A stretch of DNA of 59,826 nt, the filler included. It is 5 parts of 5 records of this genome, joined end to end, with 100 filler letters (N's around TTAATTAATTAA, not from the genome) between each part and the next. Parts side by side here need not be neighbours in the genome. Positions count along the whole stretch, not along the records: positions 8,662 to 29,408 come from SRR2962707_1408; positions 29,509 to 40,890 come from SRR2962707_1409; 3 more parts are not named here. One strand, given 5' to 3'. The notes beneath the pieces are model-generated. The model ran no database searches and was not told the origin of the DNA. It saw only the letters and a program-made list of their open reading frames with translations. A program made the translations under genes and the position numbers. Shown here in pieces: positions 22,100-31,919 of this stretch (its first letter is position 1; every line of letters begins with the position of its first letter).

Positions 22100-23623
22100 T
22101 CACATCACCGCGCCAATTTGCCATGGCACGAACTCCACCCCACCAAACCCCAGCTCTTCGCTCTTGGTCTGCTCTCCCGAGGCGATGCGAATAAACATCT
22201 CGAAAATCTCACGGCCTTTGTCTTCTAGGCTCACGCCACCACTGATAATGTCACCGCAATTTATGTCCATGTCGTCGGCCATACGGGCGTACATTTCAGA
22301 GTTGGTGGCGATCTTGATACACGGTGTCGGCATATATCCCGACACCGAACCGCGCCCTGTGGTAAAGACGATCAGGTTCGCGCCGGACGCGATCTGGCCC
22401 GTGACCGAACAGGGATCGAAACCGGGGCTGTCCATAAAGACAAAGCCTTTTTGGTCGATCTTCTCACCAAACAGATACACATCCATCAGGGGTGCACTGC
22501 CGCTTTTTGCGACAGCGCCAAGTGATTTTTCAAGGATCGTGGTCAGCCCGCCGCGCTTGTTGCCGGGGCTGGGGTTATTATCCATCTCGCCCTTGTTGCG
22601 GGCGGTGTAATCTTCCCACCAGCGCACGCGATCAATCAGCTTTTCGCCCACTCCGACCGTCGCCGCGCGGCGGGTCAACAGGTGTTCGGCACCATAGATT
22701 TCAGATGTCTCGGACAGGATTGTCGTGCCACCCTGACGCACCACCAGATCAGAGGCAACGCCGAGCGCCGGATTGGCCGTGATGCCGGAATATCCATCAG
22801 ACCCGCCACATTGCATCCCCACCATAAGATGGGACAGCGGCGCAGGTTTGCGTGTGGCGGTATTGGCAAGCTCAGCAATGCCGCGCAATTCCACCAGACC
22901 TTTTTCAATGGTCTTTCGGGTGCCACCTTCGTTCTGGATTGTCATATAACGCAGCGCGCCGTCGGCGCGGATCGCACGTCCCCCCACAAGGGCGGATACT
23001 TGCATGACCTCACAACCAAGGCCGATCAACAGGATGCCGCCGAAATTGGGGTGCTGTGCATAGCCCGACAGCGTGCGAAACAGGGTGTCATAGCCTTCGT
23101 TTTCGCCCGACATCCCGCAGCCCGTGCCATGGGTGATCGGGACGATACCGTCGATATTGGGGAAATCGTCCAGCAAGCCGGATTTTCCCGCCGCCTCCGC
23201 TATGAATTTTGCAACCGAACCGGAACAGTTCACCGACGTCAGAATACCAAGGTAATTGCGCGTCCCGACCCGGCCATCCGCCCGGTGGTAGCCATCAAAA
23301 GTCCGGCCAACGGGGTCGGCGTCCAATGCGACCGCTTGGCTGGCGTGTGCGTAATCCTGGGCGTGGTTACCCATGCCTAGGTTGTGCACGTGGACATGTT
23401 CACCGATGGCAATATCGTGGGTCGCCTGTCCGATAATCTGCCCGTAGCGCAGTACGTTTTGACCCGCTTTGATCGGTGCAATCGCAATCTTGTGGCCACG
23501 CTTGACGGGTTGCAAAAGTGTCACGCCACCTTGACCGGTGATTTGACCCGCGCCGATATCATCCAACGCAATGGCAATATTGTCCTGCGGATGAAGCTTC
23601 AGGATGCGAGGCAGTTCACTCAT
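22100..23623 (-). CDS. UxaA/GarD family sugar-acid dehydratase with SAF domain
   Basis: GHKIA..HVHVHN SAF domain; TSVNCS, THGTGCG, QCGGSDG, NNPSPGNKRGG. Confidence 0.9.
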   Translation of the reverse strand: MSELPRILKLHPQDNIAIALDDIGAGQITGQGGVTLLQPVKRGHKIAIAPIKAGQNVLRYGQIIGQATHDIAIGEHVHVHNLGMGNHAQDYAHASQAVALDADPVGRTFDGYHRADGRVGTRNYLGILTSVNCSGSVAKFIAEAAGKSGLLDDFPNIDGIVPITHGTGCGMSGENEGYDTLFRTLSGYAQHPNFGGILLIGLGCEVMQVSALVGGRAIRADGALRYMTIQNEGGTRKTIEKGLVELRGIAELANTATRKPAPLSHLMVGMQCGGSDGYSGITANPALGVASDLVVRQGGTTILSETSEIYGAEHLLTRRAATVGVGEKLIDRVRWWEDYTARNKGEMDNNPSPGNKRGGLTTILEKSLGAVAKSGSAPLMDVYLFGEKIDQKGFVFMDSPGFDPCSVTGQIASGANLIVFTTGRGSVSGYMPTPCIKIATNSEMYARMADDMDINCGDIISGGVSLEDKGREIFEMFIRIASGEQTKSEELGFGGVEFVPWQIGAVM

Positions 23624-23676
23624 ATTCCGTATTCCTCTGGTCCGCAGTGGGCCTGTTCAGTAAATTAACGACTAGC

Positions 23677-23711
23677 TTGACTTGAGTCATGTGTCAACTA
23701 ACATGTCAGTT
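23677..23711 (+). promoter_or_regulatory. Sigma-70-like promoter overlapped by a probable GntR operator
   Basis: TTGACT-N16-TAACAT; near-palindrome AACTAACATGTCAGTT (23696-23711) in the divergent intergenic region. Confidence 0.6.
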
Positions 23712-23724
23712 AGAAGGATTCAGA

Positions 23725-24423
23725 ATGCCGCCATCAAACCACACGCTTGATATTAACGGCCTGGACGGCCCCTTGGGGCAGCGCGTCTATTCGGTTCTGC
23801 GCACCAGCATTCTGGAAATGGCGCTAAAGCCTGGGGCGATTCTGCGCAAAGGTGCGCTTTGTGAACAATTGGGGGTCTCGCGTTCCCCCGTGGCCGAGGC
23901 TTTGGGCAGGCTGTCATCGGACGGGTTGGTCGATATCATTCCGCAATCCGCGACCCGCGTTTCGCAATTCTCACTGGCCGAGCTTTTGGAGGAAAACTTT
24001 CTGAGAGAGGCTGTCGAAGTTGCCGCCGTGGCGCGGGTCGCGGCCGATCGCACCGGCGATCAACTTACGCGGTTGTCACGAAACCTGCGCTTTCAGGCGC
24101 TGCTGGTAGAGGACGAGGATTTCCAGGGCTTCTTTGAAACCGATTTGGAATTCCATGAACTGATCCTGAGTTTTACCGGATTTCCCAAGGTAAACCTTGT
24201 CGCCGAAGAGATGACGCTGCAATTGCGCCGCGCGCGCAAATTGATCCTGCCCGAACCGGGCCGCCCCGCGCAGGCTGTGTCAGAACACCACGACATTTTC
24301 AAAGCGATCGAGGCCAAAGACGTCGATGCCGCGCGTGCGACAATGGCTGGTCACCTGCGCCAACTGACCAAACGTATCGTGCCACTTGAACGTGAACACC
24401 CGGATTATTTTCGCACAACCTGA
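23725..24423 (+). CDS. GntR/FCD family transcriptional regulator
   Basis: LCEQLGVSRSPVAEAL HTH; DLEFH..EHHDI FCD domain. Confidence 0.92.
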   Translation: MPPSNHTLDINGLDGPLGQRVYSVLRTSILEMALKPGAILRKGALCEQLGVSRSPVAEALGRLSSDGLVDIIPQSATRVSQFSLAELLEENFLREAVEVAAVARVAADRTGDQLTRLSRNLRFQALLVEDEDFQGFFETDLEFHELILSFTGFPKVNLVAEEMTLQLRRARKLILPEPGRPAQAVSEHHDIFKAIEAKDVDAARATMAGHLRQLTKRIVPLEREHPDYFRTT

Positions 24424-24434
24424 ATCGAGAAACC

Positions 24435-25484
24435 ATGAAGCTGGCCACGAAAAATACATTGAACAAACGCACGCGGCACCCCGTGCTGCTGTCCCAGCTT
24501 GGTTTTGGTGGTGCACCATTGGGTAATCTGTACCGCAAAATCGATGACGCCGACGCGCAGGCCACACTGGACGCTGCATGGGATGCGGGGATTCGTTATT
24601 TTGACACAGCCCCGCAATATGGGCTGGGGCGGTCCGAACTGCGCTTTGCCGAGGCCCTGACCAGATTTGACACTGACGCCATGACGCTATCCACAAAGGT
24701 GGGCCGCATCCTGCACGACTGCGCACCCGAAGACGTCACACCCGAAGCCTTTGTTGATGTGCCGCAAAAGCGGATCGCCTTTGACTTCACTTACGACGGG
24801 ATCATGCGCAGCTATCACGACAGCATCGCCCGCCTTGGGTCTGATAAGATCGACATGTTGTTCCTGCATGACATCGATGCAGGGTCGCGTGGGCAAGATT
24901 TTGAAGACAACAACATGCGCCAGCTGTTTTTCCAGGGCGGGTACCGCGCCTTGTCTGAAATGCGTGACGCGGGCCGCATTGCCGCCATCGGGGCAGGCGT
25001 GAACACTTGGCAGATTTGCGAAAGGCTGTTGGGCGAGGGCGACTTTGACGGCTTCCTTTTGGCGGGGCGCTATACGCTGCTTGAACAAGATCCGCTCGAC
25101 AGTTTTCTGCCGCTGTGCAGTGAACGCGATGTGGGGATCATTTTGGGCGGGCCCTATAATTCGGGTATTCTGGCAACCGGCGCCATCGAAGGTGCGCGCT
25201 ATGATTATGCCCCAGCCCCAGAAGAGATCCTTCAACGGGTGCGCAAGCTGGTTGAGGTTTGCGCCGCCCATGACACCCCCCTCATCGCTGCGGCTTTGCA
25301 ATTTCCGCTGGGCCATGCGGCCGTGAAAACGGTCATACCGGGTGCCTCTACCCCAGACGAAGTTCGCCAGAACGTGGCAATTTTTGAAACAGTTATTCCA
25401 CCGGCACTTTGGTCGGATCTCAAGACCGAAGGCCTCATTCGCGCCGACGCACCAACCCCTACGGAGGCCGAACATGCTGCGTAA
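24435..25484 (+). CDS. Aldo/keto reductase (L-fucose/D-threo-aldose 1-dehydrogenase-like)
   Basis: LGFGGAPLGNL, YFDTAPQYGLGRSE, LAGRYTLL, GPYNSGILA. Confidence 0.85.
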   Translation: MKLATKNTLNKRTRHPVLLSQLGFGGAPLGNLYRKIDDADAQATLDAAWDAGIRYFDTAPQYGLGRSELRFAEALTRFDTDAMTLSTKVGRILHDCAPEDVTPEAFVDVPQKRIAFDFTYDGIMRSYHDSIARLGSDKIDMLFLHDIDAGSRGQDFEDNNMRQLFFQGGYRALSEMRDAGRIAAIGAGVNTWQICERLLGEGDFDGFLLAGRYTLLEQDPLDSFLPLCSERDVGIILGGPYNSGILATGAIEGARYDYAPAPEEILQRVRKLVEVCAAHDTPLIAAALQFPLGHAAVKTVIPGASTPDEVRQNVAIFETVIPPALWSDLKTEGLIRADAPTPTEAEHAA

Positions 25485-25905
25485 CATCCCCCCGATCCTG
25501 TCCCCTGATCTGCTGCACAGCCTGCGCGCGATGGGCCACGGGGATGAAATTGTCATCGCGGACGCCAACTTTCCGGCAACCCAACTTGGCCGCCGCTGCC
25601 ACCGCCTTGACGGGGTGACCGCCACAGATCTCCTGGTGGCGGTGCTGCGCGTCATGCCGCTGGACAGCTACGTCCCGGACCCGGCGCTGGTGATGGAGGT
25701 CGTTGATGACCGCGACGCAGTACCCCCCATCGTGGCCATGTTCCAGGACATCACGACCGCAACGGCTGACAATCCCGCGACGCTGGGCAGGTTGGAACGC
25801 TTTGCGTTTTATGAACGTGCAAAAACGGCCTTTGCCATCGTCCAAACGGGCGAGACTCGTCTTTATGGCAACATCATCCTCAAGAAAGGTGTGATCGGAA
25901 CATGA
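25474..25905 (+). CDS. RbsD/FucU family mutarotase
   Basis: MGHGDEIVIADANFP, ERFAFYERA, TGETRLYGNIILKKG. Confidence 0.92.
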   Translation: MLRNIPPILSPDLLHSLRAMGHGDEIVIADANFPATQLGRRCHRLDGVTATDLLVAVLRVMPLDSYVPDPALVMEVVDDRDAVPPIVAMFQDITTATADNPATLGRLERFAFYERAKTAFAIVQTGETRLYGNIILKKGVIGT

Positions 25906-26729
25906 TCATCGATGCGCATCAGCATTTTTGGCAACTCGCGCGGGGCGACTACGATTGGCTGACGCCTGACCTTGAACCGCTCTATCGCGATTTTATGCCA
26001 GATGATTTGGCACCGCACCTTCGTCAATATGGTATCGACGGCACGATCCTGGTGCAGGCCGCACCCACAGCTGCCGAAACCAGTTTCCTGCTGGAAATTG
26101 CGGACACGACGCCCTTTGTTTTGGGGGTCGTCGGTTGGGTCGACTTTGCCGCCGCATCGGCCCCGGATGATATTGCGCAGCTTGCCCAGCACCCTAAGCT
26201 GGTTGGATTGCGGCCGATGATTCAGGATATCGCCGACGATGACTGGATGCTGCGCCCTGACCTTGCCCCTGCCTTTGACGCGATGATCAAGGCCGATCTG
26301 ACGTTTGACGCATTGGTTTTGCCACGGCACCTTTCGCGGCTTCGCCAGCTGCTGTCCCGCCATCCGGAATTGCGCACCGTGATCAACCACGCGGCCAAAC
26401 CAGCAATCGCCAGCGGTGGGTTTGATGACTGGGCCATCGACATCGCCGCAACCGCCAAGGATACCGGGGCCTTTTGCAAACTCTCCGGCCTGTTGACCGA
26501 GGCTGGTACCGAATGGGCGGCCGACGACCTGGCCCCCTACGTTTTGCATTTGTTGGAACACTTCGGCCCCGAAAGACTCGTCTGGGGCAGCGACTGGCCG
26601 GTGCTGACCATTGCAGCCGACTATACGGTCTGGATGGATTTGGCCAAATCCTTCATCCTAGGTGAACGTGCAAGCGCCGCTATATTTGGATCAAACGCCG
26701 TCGATCTCTATCTGATTCCGAACCGATAG
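25902..26729 (+). CDS. Amidohydrolase_2 family lactonase (L-fuconolactonase-like)
   Basis: IDAHQHFW, LVQAA, HAAKP, KLSGL, WGSDWPV. Confidence 0.88.
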   Translation: MIIDAHQHFWQLARGDYDWLTPDLEPLYRDFMPDDLAPHLRQYGIDGTILVQAAPTAAETSFLLEIADTTPFVLGVVGWVDFAAASAPDDIAQLAQHPKLVGLRPMIQDIADDDWMLRPDLAPAFDAMIKADLTFDALVLPRHLSRLRQLLSRHPELRTVINHAAKPAIASGGFDDWAIDIAATAKDTGAFCKLSGLLTEAGTEWAADDLAPYVLHLLEHFGPERLVWGSDWPVLTIAADYTVWMDLAKSFILGERASAAIFGSNAVDLYLIPNR

Positions 26730-26870
26730 TCCGCCATCGATACCGTGCCGGGGTCAAAACCGAACTTGCCAAGGGCGGACATTTCTTTGACCCGCAGGAA
26801 TATCAGGTGCAGCCGCGCAGCTGATATTGGCCTGCCCCATGATGGCGCAGGCCCGCCCCGTATCGTCGCC

Positions 26871-27215
26871 TCAGACCTGTTCGACCATCACGCCGTCCTG
26901 GGCGTAAAAGGCAATATGACCTTTTATATCCGCCGCTTCGGTTTCGGGTGCCTCATACGACCAGGCGGCGTTGGTGTAGGTGCGGCTCTTGGACATGATC
27001 GAAAAATACGACGCCTCGCCCTTGTGCGGGCAGGTCGACTTTTTATCGGTACTGTCCAGCATCGCCATGGCGATATCGGACTTGGGAAAATAGATCACAA
27101 AAGGCATGTCACCTTCGCTCAGTTCCAGCGCCTTGTTGCTCTCTCCCAGAACGGCACCGCCGGCGCGGACAACCCAGGTGCCTTCGGCGGGTCGGATGGT
27201 GATGTGTTTCGTCAT
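26871..27215 (-). CDS. DUF427 domain protein
   Basis: YFPKSDI, TCPHKGEASYF, AAWSYEAP, IKGHIAFY. Confidence 0.9.
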   Translation of the reverse strand: MTKHITIRPAEGTWVVRAGGAVLGESNKALELSEGDMPFVIYFPKSDIAMAMLDSTDKKSTCPHKGEASYFSIMSKSRTYTNAAWSYEAPETEAADIKGHIAFYAQDGVMVEQV

Positions 27216-27286
27216 GATGTTTCTCCTCAAAACTCAGTCTTTGTCGGATGCCTGTGTGACAGGCTTGTGTCAGATGTCGCGCAGCA

Positions 27287-29071
27287 TTACAGCGGTTCGG
27301 TCGCCGCGATCAGCCAGTCTTTTGCCGCGCCCTCGACCAAACCCTCAAGTCGCGCGCGACAGGTGGCATGATAGGCATTCAGCCAGTCGGTTTCAGGGCC
27401 GGTCAGCATCTCTTTCACGATCAGCCGCCGGTCAATGGGTACATAAGTCAATGTCTCGAATGACAGCATATCCGGAACGGTTGCTCCGGCCAGGGTCGGC
27501 GCCCCTGTCACCACAATAAGGTTCTCAATACGGATACCATAGGCGCCCTCCCGGTAAAAGCCCGGCTCGTTGGACAGGATCATCCCCTCCATGAACGGCA
27601 CCGTGCCCGTGCGGGCCAACCGTTGCGGGCCCTCGTGCACACACAGGTAACTGCCCACGCCGTGACCGGTACCATGGCCGTAATCCAGTCCGGCCTCCCA
27701 CAGCGGCACACGCGCCAGGGCATCCAGATCGCGCCCCGCCAGTCCCTTGGGCCAGCGCGCCCGGCTGATGGCGATCATGCCACGCAAAACCCGGGTAAAG
27801 GCGGCGGCCTCTTCCTCGCCCACACGGCCCACGGCCACGGTGCGGGTGATGTCGGTGGTGCCATCCACATACTGTCCGCCGGAATCCACCAACAGCAGAT
27901 GCCCCTCCTCGACCCGGGCATTGGTCTTTTCCGTCACGCGGTAATGGACGATGGCCCCATGTGGGCCGGTGCCGCTGATCGTCTCAAAACTAATGTCGCG
28001 CAGGGCGTTTGTGGCGCGGCGCTCGGCCTCAAGCGCGCTGACCACATCGATTTCGGTCAGGCTTCCCGGCGGCTGGCGGTCCAGCCATGCCAGAAACCGC
28101 ACCATCGCCGCCCCGTCACGCAGATGCGCCGCACGGCTGCCCGCGATCTCGACCTCGTTCTTGCAGGCCTTGGGCAGGACACAGGGGTCCTGCATCTCAA
28201 CCACGTCTAAACCGGCCTCGGCCAGTGTATCGGCCACAATCACCGGGCAGGTGGCCGGATCGATCGCCACAGGGCCACCCAACGTGGCCAGCGCGGCAAG
28301 AAAGCTTTCGATCGGCGCGATCGACACCTGCGGCCCTAGATGGTCACCCAGATCGACCAGCTTGGCAGACTCCATAAACAGCTCGACCGTGGCATCGGCA
28401 CGTAGCAACGCAAACCCATGCGCCACCGGATTTCGCTGAATGTCCGAACCGCGGATGTTTAGCAGCCAGGCGATAGAATCGGGCAGGGTAATCACTGCCG
28501 CGTCTGCCCGGCCCAGCTTGGCTGCCAGCCGCGTGATCTTGTCGCCATGCGCCTCCCCGGTCAGCTCGACCGGATGGGCAAACACCCGGCCCACGGGCGG
28601 TTCCGGCTGATCCGCCCAGACCCGGTCTACCAGGTTTTCACATCGCTCCAGCGCGACACCCTCCAGCTTGTGCTGCAGGGCGCGCAGCTGCTCGACCGCG
28701 TGCAGCCAAGGGTCGAACCCGACGCGCCCGCCATCCGGCAACGCCTCTGTGATCCAATCGCCCAGGCTGACCTCGGGCCAGTCCACCGGCGTGAAGACCT
28801 CTGCCACCTGCGCGCGCACCTGCACGCGATAGCGGCTGTCGACAAACACCCCGGCCTGGTCCCGCAGGGCCACACAATATCCTGCCGACCCGGTGAAACC
28901 GCTCAGCCAGGCCAGGCGGTCGTCGCGCGGCGCTACATATTCGCCCTGATGCGCATCAGAACGTGGAACGATAAAGCCGTCCAACCCCTCGGCCGTCAGC
29001 GCCTCGCGCAGCGCCTCAAGCCGCTTTGGCCCCTGTTCGGGCGCTGCGGTTTCCTGAAATGTCTGGAACAT
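27287..29071 (-). CDS. Xaa-Pro aminopeptidase (aminopeptidase P, M24)
   Basis: DAHQGEYV, DSGGQYVDGTTDITRT, HGTGHGVG, SNEPGFY, GIRIEN. Confidence 0.95.
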   Translation of the reverse strand: MFQTFQETAAPEQGPKRLEALREALTAEGLDGFIVPRSDAHQGEYVAPRDDRLAWLSGFTGSAGYCVALRDQAGVFVDSRYRVQVRAQVAEVFTPVDWPEVSLGDWITEALPDGGRVGFDPWLHAVEQLRALQHKLEGVALERCENLVDRVWADQPEPPVGRVFAHPVELTGEAHGDKITRLAAKLGRADAAVITLPDSIAWLLNIRGSDIQRNPVAHGFALLRADATVELFMESAKLVDLGDHLGPQVSIAPIESFLAALATLGGPVAIDPATCPVIVADTLAEAGLDVVEMQDPCVLPKACKNEVEIAGSRAAHLRDGAAMVRFLAWLDRQPPGSLTEIDVVSALEAERRATNALRDISFETISGTGPHGAIVHYRVTEKTNARVEEGHLLLVDSGGQYVDGTTDITRTVAVGRVGEEEAAAFTRVLRGMIAISRARWPKGLAGRDLDALARVPLWEAGLDYGHGTGHGVGSYLCVHEGPQRLARTGTVPFMEGMILSNEPGFYREGAYGIRIENLIVVTGAPTLAGATVPDMLSFETLTYVPIDRRLIVKEMLTGPETDWLNAYHATCRARLEGLVEGAAKDWLIAATEPL

Positions 29072-29290
29072 GCCTTCCCCTTTATCTCTGCGCCGCAGAA
29101 TACCTGTTTCCGCTACCACTGCCAGTGCAACCTTGGCACCACCCCCAAAGTCAGGACCGCGCAGCCCCAAACCAGGACCTGCCAAACCAGGCCCAATCTT
29201 CATCTGTCCGAAAATATTGCAGGGGCCGCGCAAAGCGCGGGCGTGGAGTGCGGCGCCCCCAACACGTGGCCCGCAGGGCCGAAACATAGT

Positions 29291-29407
29291 TCAAGAGGCG
29301 CGCTTGATGCCCATCACCCGGGCCCGCGCGCGGGGGTCGGAATCAAACAGGGACGCCAGCTGTTCGGTCATTGCTCCGGCCAGCTGTTCCACATCGGTGA
29401 TCGTCAC
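29291..29407 (-). CDS. cobT: Cobaltochelatase CobT subunit, C-terminal fragment (absent from the ORF track)
   Basis: Manual translation VTITDVEQLAGAMTEQLASLFDSDPRARARVMGIKRAS* matches the recalled Rhodobacteraceae CobT C-terminus. Confidence 0.8.
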   Translation of the reverse strand: MTITDVEQLAGAMTEQLASLFDSDPRARARVMGIKRAS

Positions 29408-29408
29408 C

Positions 29409-29508
29409 NNNNNNNNNNNNNNNNNNNNNNNNNNNNNNNNNNNNNNNNNNNNTTAATTAATTAANNNNNNNNNNNNNNNNNNNNNNNNNNNNNNNNNNNN
29501 NNNNNNNN
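29409..29508. other. Artificial contig spacer
   Basis: N run with TTAATTAATTAA. Confidence 0.99.
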
Positions 29509-30420
29509 GCTACCGCACGACGAACTGGTCCAGCTACAATGCAGCGCTTCGCAAGCGCGGGTCGCTGTTGATCTGGCTGGACAAGAAGATGACCCGGCAC
29601 GCGCCGCCTGAGGGGCGTCCGGGGTGCCCGCCCGTATTTTCGAATGCGGCGATCCAGTTCTGCCGATCGATCAAGGTGCTGTTCAGGGTGCCGTGGCGAC
29701 AAACGACTGGAATGGTGGGCAGTTTGCTGAAGTTGGCGAACCTAGACCGGCCCGTACCGGATTATTCGACCTTGTGTCGACGGCAGAAGGCCCTGCAGAT
29801 ACCGTATCGCCGTGCCGACGAGCCACTGAAGAACCTGCTGGGCCTTCTCGTGACATCACTTCGTGATGCCCTGCCGGGTGATAGACAGCACCGGCATCAA
29901 GTTCCTTGGTGATGGGGAATGGCAGGCCCGCAAGCATGGTCTTCAGGGACGGCGTCAATGGCACAAGATCCATCTGGCAATGGATACGGCCACCTCCGAC
30001 ATCCGCCCGGTCGAGTTTACCCACAACCGGGGCGGTGACAGCCCTGTCCTGCCAGACCTGCTGGAGCAGATCCCGGGGGACGAAGAAATCAGCACTGTGA
30101 CCGCGGACGGTGCCTACGACACACGCCGATGCCACAGAGCCATCATCGCACGCGATGCGGTTCCGATCATTCCGATCCGCAAGAACGGCCGATCGTGGAA
30201 AGAGGACTGTTCAGCCGCCCGAGCGTGTAACGAAACCCTGCGCGCCACGCGTCACTATGGCAGGGCATTCTGGAAACGGTGGACAGGATACCACAGCCAC
30301 ATCCGCATCGCACTCATCAACCGCTTCAATGCCCTTGGCACCGCCGAGATCGTCCGCGTGACCTGAACCTAAAGGGGAAAGGGAAACTCACGCCTCACGA
30401 CGCCTTGCTGCAACAACGCC
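29509..30420 (+). mobile_element. IS5 family (IS903 group) insertion sequence, left end cut off by contig start
   Basis: Transposase motifs; right end ..TGCAACAACGCC (reverse complement GGCGTTGTTGCA) resembles the IS903-type IR GGCTTTGTTG. Confidence 0.85.
29511..30366 (+). pseudogene. IS5 transposase pseudogene (frameshift plus internal deletion)
   Basis: YRTTNW..RGSL, PDYSTLCRRQK, DSTGIK, TADGAYDT split across two frames; the segment normally carrying the catalytic Glu between GYH and HIRIAL is missing. Confidence 0.88.
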
Positions 30421-31779
30421 ATTTTTAGGGATCGATATTGCGCCGCTGATCTGGGCCACTGCACGGCGGGCGCTGAGAATGGCAGAGTTCATATTGGGCG
30501 AATCCATATAATCACCTGCCAGCGCGATCCGGTGCAGCGGTCGCTCCAGCGCAGTTTGCAGCGCAGCACGACCGGTACAGGCGACAGGGGCGCCTTGGGG
30601 CCAGCGAGCGATTCGCGCGACCTCAACCCTCGTCTCGGCCTGCGGAAAACTCTGCGCCAGCGACTGGATCGCCAGCGCGGTCAGCGCCGCGTCATCCTGG
30701 CCGATCAGCTCTGCCGCCCCCTGCGCGCCGCGGAACAGCATCAGGCTGCTGCACCCGGCCCGCTGATCCGAAGACAGCCCCGTTGCCATATTGAACACGA
30801 CGCTGAACGGCGCGTCCGGGGTGGCGATGGCATAGGTGTCGGCCCAGGGCACCGGCCCTGCATCACGGGTCTGAAGCGCGACGCACAAAAACGGGCCATA
30901 GTGGATCTGCGACAGGGCCATGGCGGTATCCGATGGCAGGTCCTGCACAACGTCCCGTGTGACATTTGCGGGGATCGCCATGATGCACTGCCGGGCGCGC
31001 AGTATTTGGCGATGACCGTTGCGTTCTATTGTTATCTCGACATGGTCGGGAAATGCGACAACCGACAGGGTGCGGGCGGTGGTGAGGATGCGGTGGGTGC
31101 CAATGGCCGTGCATAGGGCTGCGGGCAAGCGGCCGCTACCACCGGCCAAATTGGCACCGGGGGCAGAATTGCTCCAGACATTTGTAAAACTGCGCAGGGC
31201 GTGGCCGGCGGACATTTGCGCCGGGCTGCCAGCTGATCGTTCGGTGATCGCGGTCAGTATTTGTGCGACCTGTGGATGCAGCGGGCCGATGTAGTCGGAC
31301 AGGGTGCGGTCATCCTCAAAGGCCAGCGCGGCAGGGTCAAAACCGTCACCATGGGCCTGTCCCATCACCCGCGCCATGCGCTGTGCGCCACGGCGCAACC
31401 GCAGGCCCATGGCGATAAACGACAGCCGCGCGCGCAGGGTCAGTTGCAGGCGCAATGGCCAAACCTCAGGGCGACCTGACAACACGGAGCCGCCTGACAT
31501 CGCCATGCCCATCAGTCTGCCCCGGATCGGCTGACGCGTCAGATTGAGATCCGCCAGAAGGTCACCCACCGGCGTGCCAGGACCGCTGAACATATGCGCG
31601 CCAAGGTTCAGCGTCATGCCATTATGATCATGCGACAGAAGCCGCCCTCCAACGCGCTCTGACTGCTCCAGAACGATTACGTCGCGGTGCCGCAGATCAT
31701 AGGCAGCGGTCAGCCCCGCCAGACCACCGCCGACGACAATCACATCGCGCATGGGGGCTGTGTGATCGGCGTCGCTCAT
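30388..31779 (-). CDS. FAD-dependent oxidoreductase (amine oxidase/protoporphyrinogen oxidase fold)
   Basis: VIVVGGGLAGLTAA..LEQSERVGGR, NLGAH, ALAGDY..MNSAILSA. Confidence 0.85.
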   Translation of the reverse strand: MSDADHTAPMRDVIVVGGGLAGLTAAYDLRHRDVIVLEQSERVGGRLLSHDHNGMTLNLGAHMFSGPGTPVGDLLADLNLTRQPIRGRLMGMAMSGGSVLSGRPEVWPLRLQLTLRARLSFIAMGLRLRRGAQRMARVMGQAHGDGFDPAALAFEDDRTLSDYIGPLHPQVAQILTAITERSAGSPAQMSAGHALRSFTNVWSNSAPGANLAGGSGRLPAALCTAIGTHRILTTARTLSVVAFPDHVEITIERNGHRQILRARQCIMAIPANVTRDVVQDLPSDTAMALSQIHYGPFLCVALQTRDAGPVPWADTYAIATPDAPFSVVFNMATGLSSDQRAGCSSLMLFRGAQGAAELIGQDDAALTALAIQSLAQSFPQAETRVEVARIARWPQGAPVACTGRAALQTALERPLHRIALAGDYMDSPNMNSAILSARRAVAQISGAISIPKNGVVAARRREA

Positions 31780-31919
31780 GCTGCCGAAGTCCGCGACTGC
31801 CTGTTGATTCGGCGCGAGGGGAACGCCACAACTGAGCTGCCAGAAGGTTGCGGTGCCACGGCCTTGCATCTTTGCTCGTGACAGTGTGCTTGTGTGTCCA
31901 GCCCAATTTGGAGACTGCA

